DNA of 64,000 nt from Candidatus Latescibacterota bacterium (GTDB lineage: Bacteria > Latescibacterota > UBA2968 > UBA8231). Positions 37,780 through 46,669 of this stretch are shown here, piece after piece; positions within the stretch are counted from its first letter, which is position 1; the number at the start of each line of letters is the position of its first letter. The position numbers and the translations under genes were made by a program. The DNA lies in NCBI GenBank assembly GCA_965243025.1, contig CBDETY010000003.1, positions 2,496,001 through 2,560,000 on the forward strand, written 5' to 3'. The notes beneath the pieces are model-generated. The model had not been told where the DNA came from and ran no database searches. It was given only the letters and a program-made list of their open reading frames with translations.

Positions 37780-39096
37780 CTACCCCCGGGCCATCCCGTA
37801 ATGCGTCGCGAAGATGCTCTCGAGGTTTTCGACCAGCTGCTCCGGGGTGATCTCGCGGGCTACCATGAAGCGGTTCCACTCGTTCCAGTACTGGCGGTAG
37901 AGGAACGGCTCGGCCCCTTCGAGGCCGAAAGAGAAGGGGAAGAACCGCTCGGTGTTCCCCAGGATCAGCTCCAGCCCCTGCTGCACGTCCGGCAGCTCCA
38001 TCCCGGGATAGGAGCTCACCATGCGGGTGGTGCGCACCATCTCCGACTGGAACCAGCGGCTGCTGACGATGCGCAGGTAGCGGGCGGCGTGCTCCGGGTG
38101 CCTCGCCCTGGCCGGAACCGACAGGGTGATCAGGGAACCGATCAGCTCGCGCGGGCTGCCGGCGCCACCCGGCACCTGCGGGAAGCGGAAGGCATACATC
38201 CGGAAGCCCTCCATCATCACTTCGGTGCGTCCCGCGGTAAGCCAGGAGCCGACGAACACGGTGGCGGCTTTTTCCTGCCAGAAGATCAGCTCGGACTCGA
38301 TGTGGTTGAGGCCGGCGAACCCCTCGACGAAGTACCCCCTGTCGAGCAGCTCGCCGACCATCCTCGCGGCGCGCAGGAAGCCGTCCTCGGTCCAGGGAAC
38401 GCTGCGCTGCGGATCGCGGAAGGCGCGCCGCACCTTGTCGGATCCGAGAATCCGCTGCGCCAGGTGGTCGAACCACCAGCTCGTGTACCAGTGGATCCCG
38501 TCCTGGGTGATCGGGGTGATCCCCGCCCTTTTCAGGCGCTCGCAGTTGTCGACGAACTCTTCCCAGGTCTCCGGGTTGAGGCTGGCGCCGGCCTTCTCGT
38601 AGAGACGGCGGTTGCAGTACACCTGCAGCGAGATGACGCTTATCGGAACCGCGTAGAACCGCCCCTTCCAGGAAATGGCGTCGTGGTAGAGGGGATCGAG
38701 CGTCTCCAGCCAGGTCTTCCCCGGGGTGTCGTACGCCGGCCACTGCATGTAGTCGGTGATGTCGAGCACGTGCCCCTGCTCGACGTAGGAGTAGGTCAGC
38801 CCGGTCTCGGCCGTGGCGAACGACATGATGTCCGGCGGATTCCCCTCCATCACCCGGATCATCAGCTCCTGGTAGCCGCCCCCTCCGCCGCTGGCCGGCT
38901 CGATGCGGATCTCGGGATGGTCCTGCTCGAAGCGGTCGACGGCCTTCCAGTGCAGCTGGTTCCAGGGGGTCGCCCCGGCGCGCGGCCCCAGGCCGGAGAC
39001 CTCCATCACCTTTCCGTCCGGCAGGTGGGAATCGCAGCCGGCGACCAGGGCCCCGGCGCCTGCGCCGGCGCTCTTGAGAAAGCTCCTGCGGTCCAC
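37780..39096 (-). CDS. Carbohydrate ABC transporter substrate-binding lipoprotein (Tat signal)
   Basis: GTG 39096. DRRSFLK twin-arginine motif and LVAGC lipobox. GNPPDI, GRFYAVP, PETWEEF. Confidence 0.88.
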   Translation of the reverse strand: MDRRSFLKSAGAGAGALVAGCDSHLPDGKVMEVSGLGPRAGATPWNQLHWKAVDRFEQDHPEIRIEPASGGGGGYQELMIRVMEGNPPDIMSFATAETGLTYSYVEQGHVLDITDYMQWPAYDTPGKTWLETLDPLYHDAISWKGRFYAVPISVISLQVYCNRRLYEKAGASLNPETWEEFVDNCERLKRAGITPITQDGIHWYTSWWFDHLAQRILGSDKVRRAFRDPQRSVPWTEDGFLRAARMVGELLDRGYFVEGFAGLNHIESELIFWQEKAATVFVGSWLTAGRTEVMMEGFRMYAFRFPQVPGGAGSPRELIGSLITLSVPARARHPEHAARYLRIVSSRWFQSEMVRTTRMVSSYPGMELPDVQQGLELILGNTERFFPFSFGLEGAEPFLYRQYWNEWNRFMVAREITPEQLVENLESIFATHYGMARG

Positions 39097-39100
39097 GGTT

Positions 39101-39952
39101 CTATCCCTTGATGGCGCCCACCGTGAGCCCCTCGGTGATGCGGTCCTGAAGCAGGATGAAGACGACGATGAGCGGCAGCATGACGATGACGAGCCCGGCG
39201 AACAGCTCGGTCCAGCGCGACTCGGTCGACATGTTGAAGAACAGGGTCTGCAGGCCGCGGGCAAGGGTGTAGAGCTTGCCGCTGCGCAGCAGGATCAGCG
39301 ACCAGAAGAACTCGTTCCAGGTGTTGATGAAGCTGAAGATCGAGACCGTGATAAGACCCGGCCTGGCCAGGGGCAGCATGATGGTCCAGAAGGTCCGCCA
39401 CGGCGAGGCCCCGTCGATCAGGGCCGCTTCCTCCAGCTGGGTAGGCAGCGTCCTGAAGAAGGCGGTCAGCACGAACACGGAGAACGGCAGCCCGGTGGCG
39501 ACGTAGATCAGGATGAGGCCGGCGTGGCTGTTGGTCAGGCGCATCTGGCGCATCTGCACGAACAGCGGAAACAGGTAGAGCATCGCCGGCACCATCATCC
39601 CCGCGAGGAAGAGGTAGAAGAGGAACTGCCGACCCGGAAACACCACGCGCGCCAGCACGTACGCCGCCATCGCCGCCAGCAGCACCGTCGCCACCGTCGA
39701 CACCACGCTTATGTAGGCGGTGTTGAAGAAGTAGTCGCCGATCTCGGCATTGGCCCAGGCGTAGCGGTAGTTGCTCCACTTCCATTCGCTCGGAAGGGCC
39801 CAGGTGCTCGCGAAGAACTCGGCGTTGGATTTGAGCGAGGTGTAGACCACCCATGCCAGGGCCCCGGCCGAGCTGAGGCAGTACGCAATCAGCAGGAAAA
39901 CGGTGGTCACCCGGAGGAGGAGGGCGGCCATCCGGTCGCGGGGGTCGGCCAT
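39101..39952 (-). CDS. Carbohydrate ABC transporter permease (MalG-like)
   Basis: EAA loop LEEAALIDGAS, WNEFFW, hydrophobic segments. Confidence 0.92.
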   Translation of the reverse strand: MADPRDRMAALLLRVTTVFLLIAYCLSSAGALAWVVYTSLKSNAEFFASTWALPSEWKWSNYRYAWANAEIGDYFFNTAYISVVSTVATVLLAAMAAYVLARVVFPGRQFLFYLFLAGMMVPAMLYLFPLFVQMRQMRLTNSHAGLILIYVATGLPFSVFVLTAFFRTLPTQLEEAALIDGASPWRTFWTIMLPLARPGLITVSIFSFINTWNEFFWSLILLRSGKLYTLARGLQTLFFNMSTESRWTELFAGLVIVMLPLIVVFILLQDRITEGLTVGAIKG

Positions 39953-40830
39953 CAGTACTCGACCACTTCGCGGCGCATCAGCCGGCTGACGGCGAGACTG
40001 AAGACGAGGACGAGGAAGAACATCACCACCCCCATGGCCGAGGCGTAGCCGATGCTCTGCCCCTGGAATCCGGACCAGTAGAGGTAGGTTCCGATCACCT
40101 CGACGACGTTGGGATAGCCCCGGGTGATCACGAAGATCAGAGCGAATGCCTGCACCGAGCCGATTATCCAGAGCACGACGAGCACCTGCACCACGTCCCA
40201 CAGCAGGGGAAGGGTCACGTGCCGGAACTTCTGCCAGCCGTCGGCCCCGTCGAGCTCGGCCGACTCGTAGTAGCTCCGCGGGATCTTCTGCAGCCCCGCC
40301 AGGAACAGGATCACGAAGGTTCCCAGCCCCTGCCAGATCATCGCCACGGTGATCGCCGGCAGCCCGGTGCCGCGGCTGCCGAGCCAGGGCTGCGCCCAGG
40401 AGGAGAGCCCCAGGCTGCGCAGGGTTTCGTTGAGCAGGCCGATCACCGGGTTGTAGATGCTGCCCCAGAGCGCCGCGGTGACCACCACGGAGAGCAGGGT
40501 CGGCGCGAAAATGATGAACTTGAGGAGGCGCTCGAACGGCGGTTTCTGCGACAGGACCACGGCGAACAGGAGGCTCAGCGGAAAGATCAGCGCGAACCCG
40601 AGCACCGAGAACCAGGCGACGTTCTCCAGCGACGTAACGAAGGTCTTGTCGTTGAAGGCGCGCTCGAAGTTGGCGAGGCCGACGAACTCCTTCTCCGCGG
40701 TGATTCCCGACCAGGAGGTGGTCGAGTACCAGAAGGCGTTGAGGGCCGGCGCCACGAAGAAGACGCAGTGCAGGACCAGGGCCGGGCCCAGCAGCGGCAC
40801 CACGAGCTTGCGGAGCTCTCGCTGAATCAC
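39952..40830 (-). CDS. Carbohydrate ABC transporter permease (MalF-like)
   Basis: GTG 40830. FVGLANF, YYESAELDGADGWQKFRHVTLP, GYASAM. Confidence 0.92.
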   Translation of the reverse strand: MIQRELRKLVVPLLGPALVLHCVFFVAPALNAFWYSTTSWSGITAEKEFVGLANFERAFNDKTFVTSLENVAWFSVLGFALIFPLSLLFAVVLSQKPPFERLLKFIIFAPTLLSVVVTAALWGSIYNPVIGLLNETLRSLGLSSWAQPWLGSRGTGLPAITVAMIWQGLGTFVILFLAGLQKIPRSYYESAELDGADGWQKFRHVTLPLLWDVVQVLVVLWIIGSVQAFALIFVITRGYPNVVEVIGTYLYWSGFQGQSIGYASAMGVVMFFLVLVFSLAVSRLMRREVVEY

Positions 40831-40846
40831 GGAATCGGGAGGAACC

Positions 40847-41014
40847 CTAGTGTCCCGTCGCAGAGATAGATTGACAAAATTGGGATGCCGAGGCGCCCGG
40901 CTCACAAGGCGCCTGAGCGAGTCGTACCGAGGGTGTACGGCGAGCGAAGGCAACGCCGTGAGCCGGGATGGATCGGCCTCCCAATGTCGAGATATTTCTG
41001 CGGCGGGGCATTAG
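40847..41014 (+). mobile_element. 168-bp palindromic MITE-like element, copy 1
   Basis: Imperfect terminal inverted repeats CTAGTGTCCCGTCGCAGAGATA / TATTTCTGCGGCGGGGCATTAG. Differs from 53484-53651 at 6 positions. The right end overlaps the TAA stop of the upstream permease. Confidence 0.8.
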
Positions 41015-41925
41015 GTCTTCATGCCGCTCAGGCTGATTCCCCCCACCAGGTAGCGCTGGGCGAGCAGGAACAGCGCGATCAGGGGGGCGGCCCCCATGAC
41101 GCTGGCGGCGAAGATCCGCGGCCAGTCGGCGCCCCCCTCGGAGCGGAAGAAGCTCAGGCCGACGGTCAGCGGATAGAAGTCCTGGTTGGTCAGCACCACC
41201 AGCGGCCACTCGAACATGTTCCAGGAAGCCATGAAGGTGAACAGGCCCAGGGTGATAAGGGCCGGTTTCGAAAGCGGCAGGATGACGTGCCAGAGGATGC
41301 CCCAGGTGCCGCAGCCGTCGATGCGGGCGGCGTGCTCCAGCTCGGCGGGGATGTTGAGGAAGAACTGGCGCAGCAGGAAGATGCCGAAGGCGCCGGCGAA
41401 CATCGGCACGACGACCCCCCAGAGCGTGTCGACCAGCCCAAGCTCGCGCACGACGAGGAAGTTGGGTATCAGCAGCACCGCGGGAGGCACCATCATCGTC
41501 GACAGCAGCAGGGTGAACAGGAACTCCCGACCCCTGAACTGCATGCGCGCGAAGGCATAGGCGGCCAGGATGTTGAAGAACAGCTGCACGACGGTGATAA
41601 GCGACGCGAAAATGGCGCTGTTCGAAAGGTAGCGGTCGACGTTCCCGAACTGGATGGCGTCGACGTAGTTCTTCCAGACCGGCCAGTCCGACCCCGGCCA
41701 GTCGAGGGCGCTCGGCTCGCCGCGGGCGTGAGCCAGGCGGTGCCCGATCTGGAAGCGGGGCGGGATAATGCTCTGCCGGTCCTCGGCGAACTCGCGCCGC
41801 GTCTTGAACGAGGAGCCCACCATGTACACGTACGGGTAGGTCATGACCACCGCCCCGAGGATCATCGCCAGCAGCGCCAGGGTCGGCGCCGAGAACAGCC
41901 GTGCCGTGAGCTTGCGGTTTCTCAA
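41011..41925 (-). CDS. Carbohydrate ABC transporter permease (MalG-like)
   Basis: TTG 41925 overlapping the upstream stop. LEHAARIDGC, WNMFEWPL. Confidence 0.9.
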   Translation of the reverse strand: MRNRKLTARLFSAPTLALLAMILGAVVMTYPYVYMVGSSFKTRREFAEDRQSIIPPRFQIGHRLAHARGEPSALDWPGSDWPVWKNYVDAIQFGNVDRYLSNSAIFASLITVVQLFFNILAAYAFARMQFRGREFLFTLLLSTMMVPPAVLLIPNFLVVRELGLVDTLWGVVVPMFAGAFGIFLLRQFFLNIPAELEHAARIDGCGTWGILWHVILPLSKPALITLGLFTFMASWNMFEWPLVVLTNQDFYPLTVGLSFFRSEGGADWPRIFAASVMGAAPLIALFLLAQRYLVGGISLSGMKT

Positions 41926-42755
41926 TCGTACACCTGCCGCGAGCGGAAGATGCGCATCTGGAAGAAGACGAAGACGAACACGGCGATGAACAGCAGCCAG
42001 GCCAGGGCCGAGGCGTACCCCATCTGCCCGGCCACGGCGAAGGCGTTGATGAAGATGGTGTAGGCGACGACCTCGGTGCTGCGTTCCGGCCCCCCCAGGG
42101 TCATGATGTAGACCGAGGTGAAGACCTGGAACGAGCTGATGATCGTCATCACCGTGACGAACACCAGGGTGTTGCGCAGCATTGGAACGGTGACGTGGCG
42201 GAACTGCTGCCAGCGGCCGGCGCCGTCGACGCGGGCCGCCTCGTACAGGTGCGGCGGGATGTCGGCGAGGCCGGCGAGGAATATGACCATGTTGTAGCCG
42301 GCCCCCGCCCAGACGCCGAGAATGGCCAGGGCCGGCAGGGCGGTGTGCGACTTGTCGAGGAGCTGTCCCCAGTTGCCGAAGATGTGGTAGAAGACCAGCG
42401 CCACGACCACCCCCGGGGTGATCGAGGGCAGGAAGTAGAGGGTGCGGAAGAACGGCTGCCCCACCGGGGCGCGCTGGCAGAGCATCGCCAGGGGCAGGGC
42501 GGTTATCAGCACCCCGACGACGCTCATGGCCACGTACAGGGCGGTGGTGCGCATCGTCAGCCAGAAGAAGCTGTCCCCGGAGAACAGGGCGCGGCGGTAG
42601 TTGTCGAAGCCGATGAAACCGGTGGCCCCGGCGTAGGAGTCGAAGTGGTGGAAGCTGGCCCACAGGCTGACCCCCATGCTGACGAAGCTGAACACCGTGG
42701 CGACGGCGAACGCCGGGGCGATGTACCCGTAGGGAACGAGGTCGCGGAGCCTCAC
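41922..42755 (-). CDS. Carbohydrate ABC transporter permease (MalF-like)
   Basis: FIGFDNY, LYEAARVDGAGRWQQFRHVTVP, MGYASALAW. Confidence 0.92.
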   Translation of the reverse strand: MRLRDLVPYGYIAPAFAVATVFSFVSMGVSLWASFHHFDSYAGATGFIGFDNYRRALFSGDSFFWLTMRTTALYVAMSVVGVLITALPLAMLCQRAPVGQPFFRTLYFLPSITPGVVVALVFYHIFGNWGQLLDKSHTALPALAILGVWAGAGYNMVIFLAGLADIPPHLYEAARVDGAGRWQQFRHVTVPMLRNTLVFVTVMTIISSFQVFTSVYIMTLGGPERSTEVVAYTIFINAFAVAGQMGYASALAWLLFIAVFVFVFFQMRIFRSRQVYD

Positions 42756-42759
42756 GTTG

Positions 42760-44238
42760 CTACAACTCCTCTCCCCGCATGGCCGCCCAGCGCCCGACCT
42801 GGGCGTTGTAGCGATCGAAAACCTGGTCGACGTGATGGGCCGCCTCGTTCAGAGCCGCCTTCACCGACTCGTACGGACCCTTCCCCGAGGCGATGTCCGG
42901 ATAGCGCAGGATCACCGTTTCGAGGACGGGGTTGGCCTTGTGGTTGGAGGCGATGATCTCGGTGTGGCGCAGCTTGTTCCCGACGTCGCACAGCTGCTCG
43001 ATGTTCGACTGGTAGGGGTACTCCTCCAGGGTCCGTTTCCACTCGGGGGTGTCGTAGAGATCGAGGCGCGGGCTGTTGTAGCTCAGGTGCTTCAGCCGCA
43101 GCAGGGCGCCCTCCAGGCTGCAGACGAACTGCACGTAGCGCCACGCCGCCTCGACGTTGGGGCAGCGGCGGCTGATGACGAACATGTTGGCCCAGGTCAC
43201 CGTCTCCTGCCCTTCCCCCATCGGTCCCGGGGGAAACCCGGTCTGCGCGAAATGTTTCCAGCCCATGGTGTTGCGGGTGATGTCCTTGCCGGACCAGGTG
43301 CCGGCCACGGTGCAGGCGACCTTCCCCTCCTGGAAGAGATCGACGTCGGTGATGTCGCGGCGGAAGGGCGGGCAGATGTCCTCCTCCCAGTAGAGCCGGG
43401 CCATGAAGGTCAGGGCCTCGATCCCATTGGGACTTGAGAACATCGCCCGGGTGCCGGCCGAGTCCTGGAAGCGCGCCCCGTTCGAGGCCATCCACGGCTC
43501 GAACATCCCCATGCCGCCGGTGTAGGCGTTGATCACGAACCCGGCCTGGTCGATGCTTCCGTCGGCATGGTAGGTGGTCAGCTTCTTCGCCAGGTTCCGG
43601 AAGTGGTCCCAGTCGCGCACCGCGTCGAAGCGCATGCGGTCGTAGTCGATCGAGCCGTCGGGGCGGCGCAGGAAGAGGTCGCGGATCTCCTCGTCGGTCT
43701 GCGCGGCGGACTCGAGGATGTCGAGGTTCCAGAGCAGGCACTGGGACTCCAGCATCTGCGGAATGCCGTAGACCACGCCGGACGGGCTGGTGTTGTGGCG
43801 CCACCCCGACTCGACGAAGGCGTCGCGGGTGATGCGCAGGGGAGGCGGGGCGCCGCGGTTCTCCTCGAGCAGGTCGTTGAGCGGCAGCAGCATGCCGCGG
43901 TGATACAGCCCCTCCGCCCAGTACACGGAACACTGGAACAGGTCGGGAGGGGCGTTGCCGACCAGGCCGGTGGACAGCTTCTGCACGTAGTTGAAGAACG
44001 GCACGGACTGGTAGATGATGTCGACGTCGGGGTTGCGCCGTTCGAAGATGCTCTCGACTTCGTCGAAGTACGACCCTATCTCCTCGTTTCGCGACGGGCT
44101 CCACCAGTCCCAGATGCGCAGCTGGATGCTGCGCCCGCCCCCATCGAGGGACTCGATCCAGGCCTGGGTGAATCCCGAACGCATCACGGCGCCGGCGAGA
44201 AGCAGCGCCGGAATGGCGAACAGGAGGTTCTTCTTCAT
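42760..44238 (-). CDS. Carbohydrate ABC transporter substrate-binding protein
   Basis: N-terminal hydrophobic anchor, GNAPPDLF, VYGIP, FQEGKVA, EAAWRYVQF. Confidence 0.88.
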   Translation of the reverse strand: MKKNLLFAIPALLLAGAVMRSGFTQAWIESLDGGGRSIQLRIWDWWSPSRNEEIGSYFDEVESIFERRNPDVDIIYQSVPFFNYVQKLSTGLVGNAPPDLFQCSVYWAEGLYHRGMLLPLNDLLEENRGAPPPLRITRDAFVESGWRHNTSPSGVVYGIPQMLESQCLLWNLDILESAAQTDEEIRDLFLRRPDGSIDYDRMRFDAVRDWDHFRNLAKKLTTYHADGSIDQAGFVINAYTGGMGMFEPWMASNGARFQDSAGTRAMFSSPNGIEALTFMARLYWEEDICPPFRRDITDVDLFQEGKVACTVAGTWSGKDITRNTMGWKHFAQTGFPPGPMGEGQETVTWANMFVISRRCPNVEAAWRYVQFVCSLEGALLRLKHLSYNSPRLDLYDTPEWKRTLEEYPYQSNIEQLCDVGNKLRHTEIIASNHKANPVLETVILRYPDIASGKGPYESVKAALNEAAHHVDQVFDRYNAQVGRWAAMRGEEL

Positions 44239-44300
44239 TCGGAAAAGATGAGCAAAGAAAATCGTCGATAGAAAATGAGAATCGTTCAGGAGAAAGAGAA

Positions 44301-45149
44301 ATGAAGCACATCATCGTCACCGGTGCCAAAGGGGGCACCGGCGTCAGCATCGTCGCCGAGCTCGGGAAGGCGGGGTACGAAGTCACCGGAGTCGACACCG
44401 CCTACCCCCGGCACACCGACGGCGGCTACAAGAGAGCGGACGTCCTCGATGCCGCCAGCCTCAACGACCTGTTCGCCGGCGCCGACGCCGTGGTCCATTT
44501 CGGCAGCCTGCCGACCGATCACTGGTCCTCCTGGAGCGCCTGTTTCGAGAACGTGATGATGGGGGGCTTCAACGTGTTCCAGGCCTGCGCCAACACCGGG
44601 GTAAAGCGCGTCGCCTGCGCCTCGAGCATGGAGGTGTACGGCGATCTCGCCCGGCAGCCGCACATGCCCGTCACCGAGAGCAGCGCCACGGTGCCGCAGT
44701 CGATCTACGGGTCGGCGAAGCTGCGCCTCGAGGAGCTCGCCGCCGACTACTGCCGCTGGCACGGCATGTCGATCGCCGGCTTCCGGCTCGGACGCATCGT
44801 CTACGAGAACTCCTTCGAGTGGCGGCTCAAGGCCCAGACCGAGGCGGCCGAAAGCTGCGCCGAGTGCCTCTGGTGTTACGTCGACGCCCGCGACGTCGCC
44901 GACGCCTGCCGGCTCTGGCTCGAGTCCGGCCTGCAGGGCTTCAGGGCCTACAACCTCGCTGCCGACGACGTCTGCATCGACCGCCCCGCCGCGGAGCTGC
45001 TGCGTGAGTTCTTCCCCGGGACCCCCGTCCGGGGGGAGCTCGGCGAGTTCCAGTCCCCGTACGTGTCGGACGCCGTCAAGCAAGAGCTGGGGTGGAGGGC
45101 GAAGTACGGCTGGCGCGACCTGCGGGCCGAGTGGGAGGCGGACCGCTGA
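44301..45149 (+). CDS. NAD-dependent epimerase/dehydratase (extended SDR)
   Basis: VTGAKGGTG, ASS, YGSAK (YxxxK), YVDARDVA. AGGAG RBS. Confidence 0.9.
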   Translation: MKHIIVTGAKGGTGVSIVAELGKAGYEVTGVDTAYPRHTDGGYKRADVLDAASLNDLFAGADAVVHFGSLPTDHWSSWSACFENVMMGGFNVFQACANTGVKRVACASSMEVYGDLARQPHMPVTESSATVPQSIYGSAKLRLEELAADYCRWHGMSIAGFRLGRIVYENSFEWRLKAQTEAAESCAECLWCYVDARDVADACRLWLESGLQGFRAYNLAADDVCIDRPAAELLREFFPGTPVRGELGEFQSPYVSDAVKQELGWRAKYGWRDLRAEWEADR

Positions 45150-45161
45150 GCTTTTCCGCCA

Positions 45162-46283
45162 TCAGCCGAGCAGTTCCCGGAGCCGCCCGGCGATCACCAG
45201 CTCGTCCCCGTCCTCCACGGTGAACATGAAGAAGCGGATCACCCCGTCCCCCGGGTCGGTCCAGATGCTCGGGTTGCCGCCGCGCAGCTCCTCGTCGAGG
45301 TCCGCGGCGGTCTTTCCGATGGCTTCCTCGTCCAACCTCAGCGGCAGGGTGGCCATGGCCTGATCCCCGCGGTCCGGCGGGAGCTCGATCCCTTTCAGCC
45401 CCCGCAGCGCGCTGCCGAGATTGCGCCCCCTCCTCGCGGCGGCGGCGAAGCGCTCGCCGTGGTCCATCTCCAGCCACTGCCGCAGCGCCGCCACCGCGCC
45501 GACGACCTCCTGGCGGTCGATCTTGAGAGGGCGGCCCACCCCGGGGACCTCGAGCTTCTCGAAGCTCGCGAAACTGTGCAGACGCGCCGCCTCGACGAGG
45601 TCCTCGCGGCCGCACAGCAACCCCGCCGAGTTCGGGGCTCCGAAATACTTGGCGCCGTAGCCGACGAGATCCGCCCCGAGATCGGTGTACTGCCTCAGTC
45701 CCTCGACCGGGTACACCCGGTAGGCGGCGTCGACGATCACCGGCACCCCGCGCTCACGGGCGATGGCGAGGGTTTCCTCCAGCGAAACGAGATCGGCAGG
45801 GTTGTCGATGGCCGGGTAGAGCACCGCGGCGGTCCCGGGCCCGAAGGCGGCTTCCAGCTCGTCCCTGGTGGTGCCGGCCCCGCTGCCGGCCTCGACGATG
45901 CGCGCCCCGGTCAGGCGGACGACGCGGTCGTACTTGTAGCGCTGCGCCTTCTGGAGCACGACCTCGTTCTTCAGGCCGGCGGTGTCGGGCAGCTGGTCCA
46001 TCTTCCGGGTGTCGGTGCCGGTCATGCAGGCGGAGGTTCCCAGGACCAGGGCGGCGGCGCATCCCGGGGTCACCAGGGCCGCCTCGCAGCCGAGCAGGCC
46101 GGAAACGACCCGCCCCGTCCCCTCGAACAACTCGACCATGTCGACGTAGTAGCGCGCCGACAGCTGCATCGCTTCCAGCACTTCCGGGGCCGGGTTGCTG
46201 CCGCCCAGCATGGTGCGGTTCCCCAGGGCGTTGATCACCGGCCTGGCCCCCAGGGCGGCGTACAGCTCGCGTGCTTCTCTCAT
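45162..46283 (-). CDS. SelA-like/DgaE-family PLP-dependent enzyme
   Basis: LGARPVINALGNRTMLGGS, VTPGCAAAL, VIVDAA, YGAKYFG (PLP Lys), GRPLKIDR. Confidence 0.85.
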   Translation of the reverse strand: MREARELYAALGARPVINALGNRTMLGGSNPAPEVLEAMQLSARYYVDMVELFEGTGRVVSGLLGCEAALVTPGCAAALVLGTSACMTGTDTRKMDQLPDTAGLKNEVVLQKAQRYKYDRVVRLTGARIVEAGSGAGTTRDELEAAFGPGTAAVLYPAIDNPADLVSLEETLAIARERGVPVIVDAAYRVYPVEGLRQYTDLGADLVGYGAKYFGAPNSAGLLCGREDLVEAARLHSFASFEKLEVPGVGRPLKIDRQEVVGAVAALRQWLEMDHGERFAAAARRGRNLGSALRGLKGIELPPDRGDQAMATLPLRLDEEAIGKTAADLDEELRGGNPSIWTDPGDGVIRFFMFTVEDGDELVIAGRLRELLG

Positions 46284-46669
46284 GATCTCTCCATGGAATG
46301 CAGTGTTTCGTCTCGACGGGCGATCCCGTTTTCCGTTCGGGCCCCGGTTCAGCGCGAACCTCCCGGGCGATACCGCCAGGGGCCAGGCCCCGCCATACCC
46401 CGGGGGCCCGGGACAGCCGCGCCCTCCCGGGACCAGCAGGGGAGCCCCCGGCGGGGGTGCTTTGCTTTCGCTCAATCTCTTTCTTCCCCGGCCTTGAGCC
46501 GTTCCCGCGCCGCCTTATGATAAGGCAACTTTCCAGGGCCTGTCGGACCGCCGCGCAGAAGCTCGTGACGCGGTTTCCCTGTTCCTGCCCGCCCGCCCTG
46601 TCATGCCCGGCGGCCGGGCACCGGGGCGGGACAGGCGAGAGGAAACCCCCTGACCACCGTGACCGGAGA

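Noticed and set aside
40831-40953. Identical peptides MPSLAVHPRYDSLRRL... and MPRRPAHKAPERVV... in track ORFs near 40.9 kb and 53.5 kb
   Set aside because: These are translations of the repeated MITE, not real proteins.
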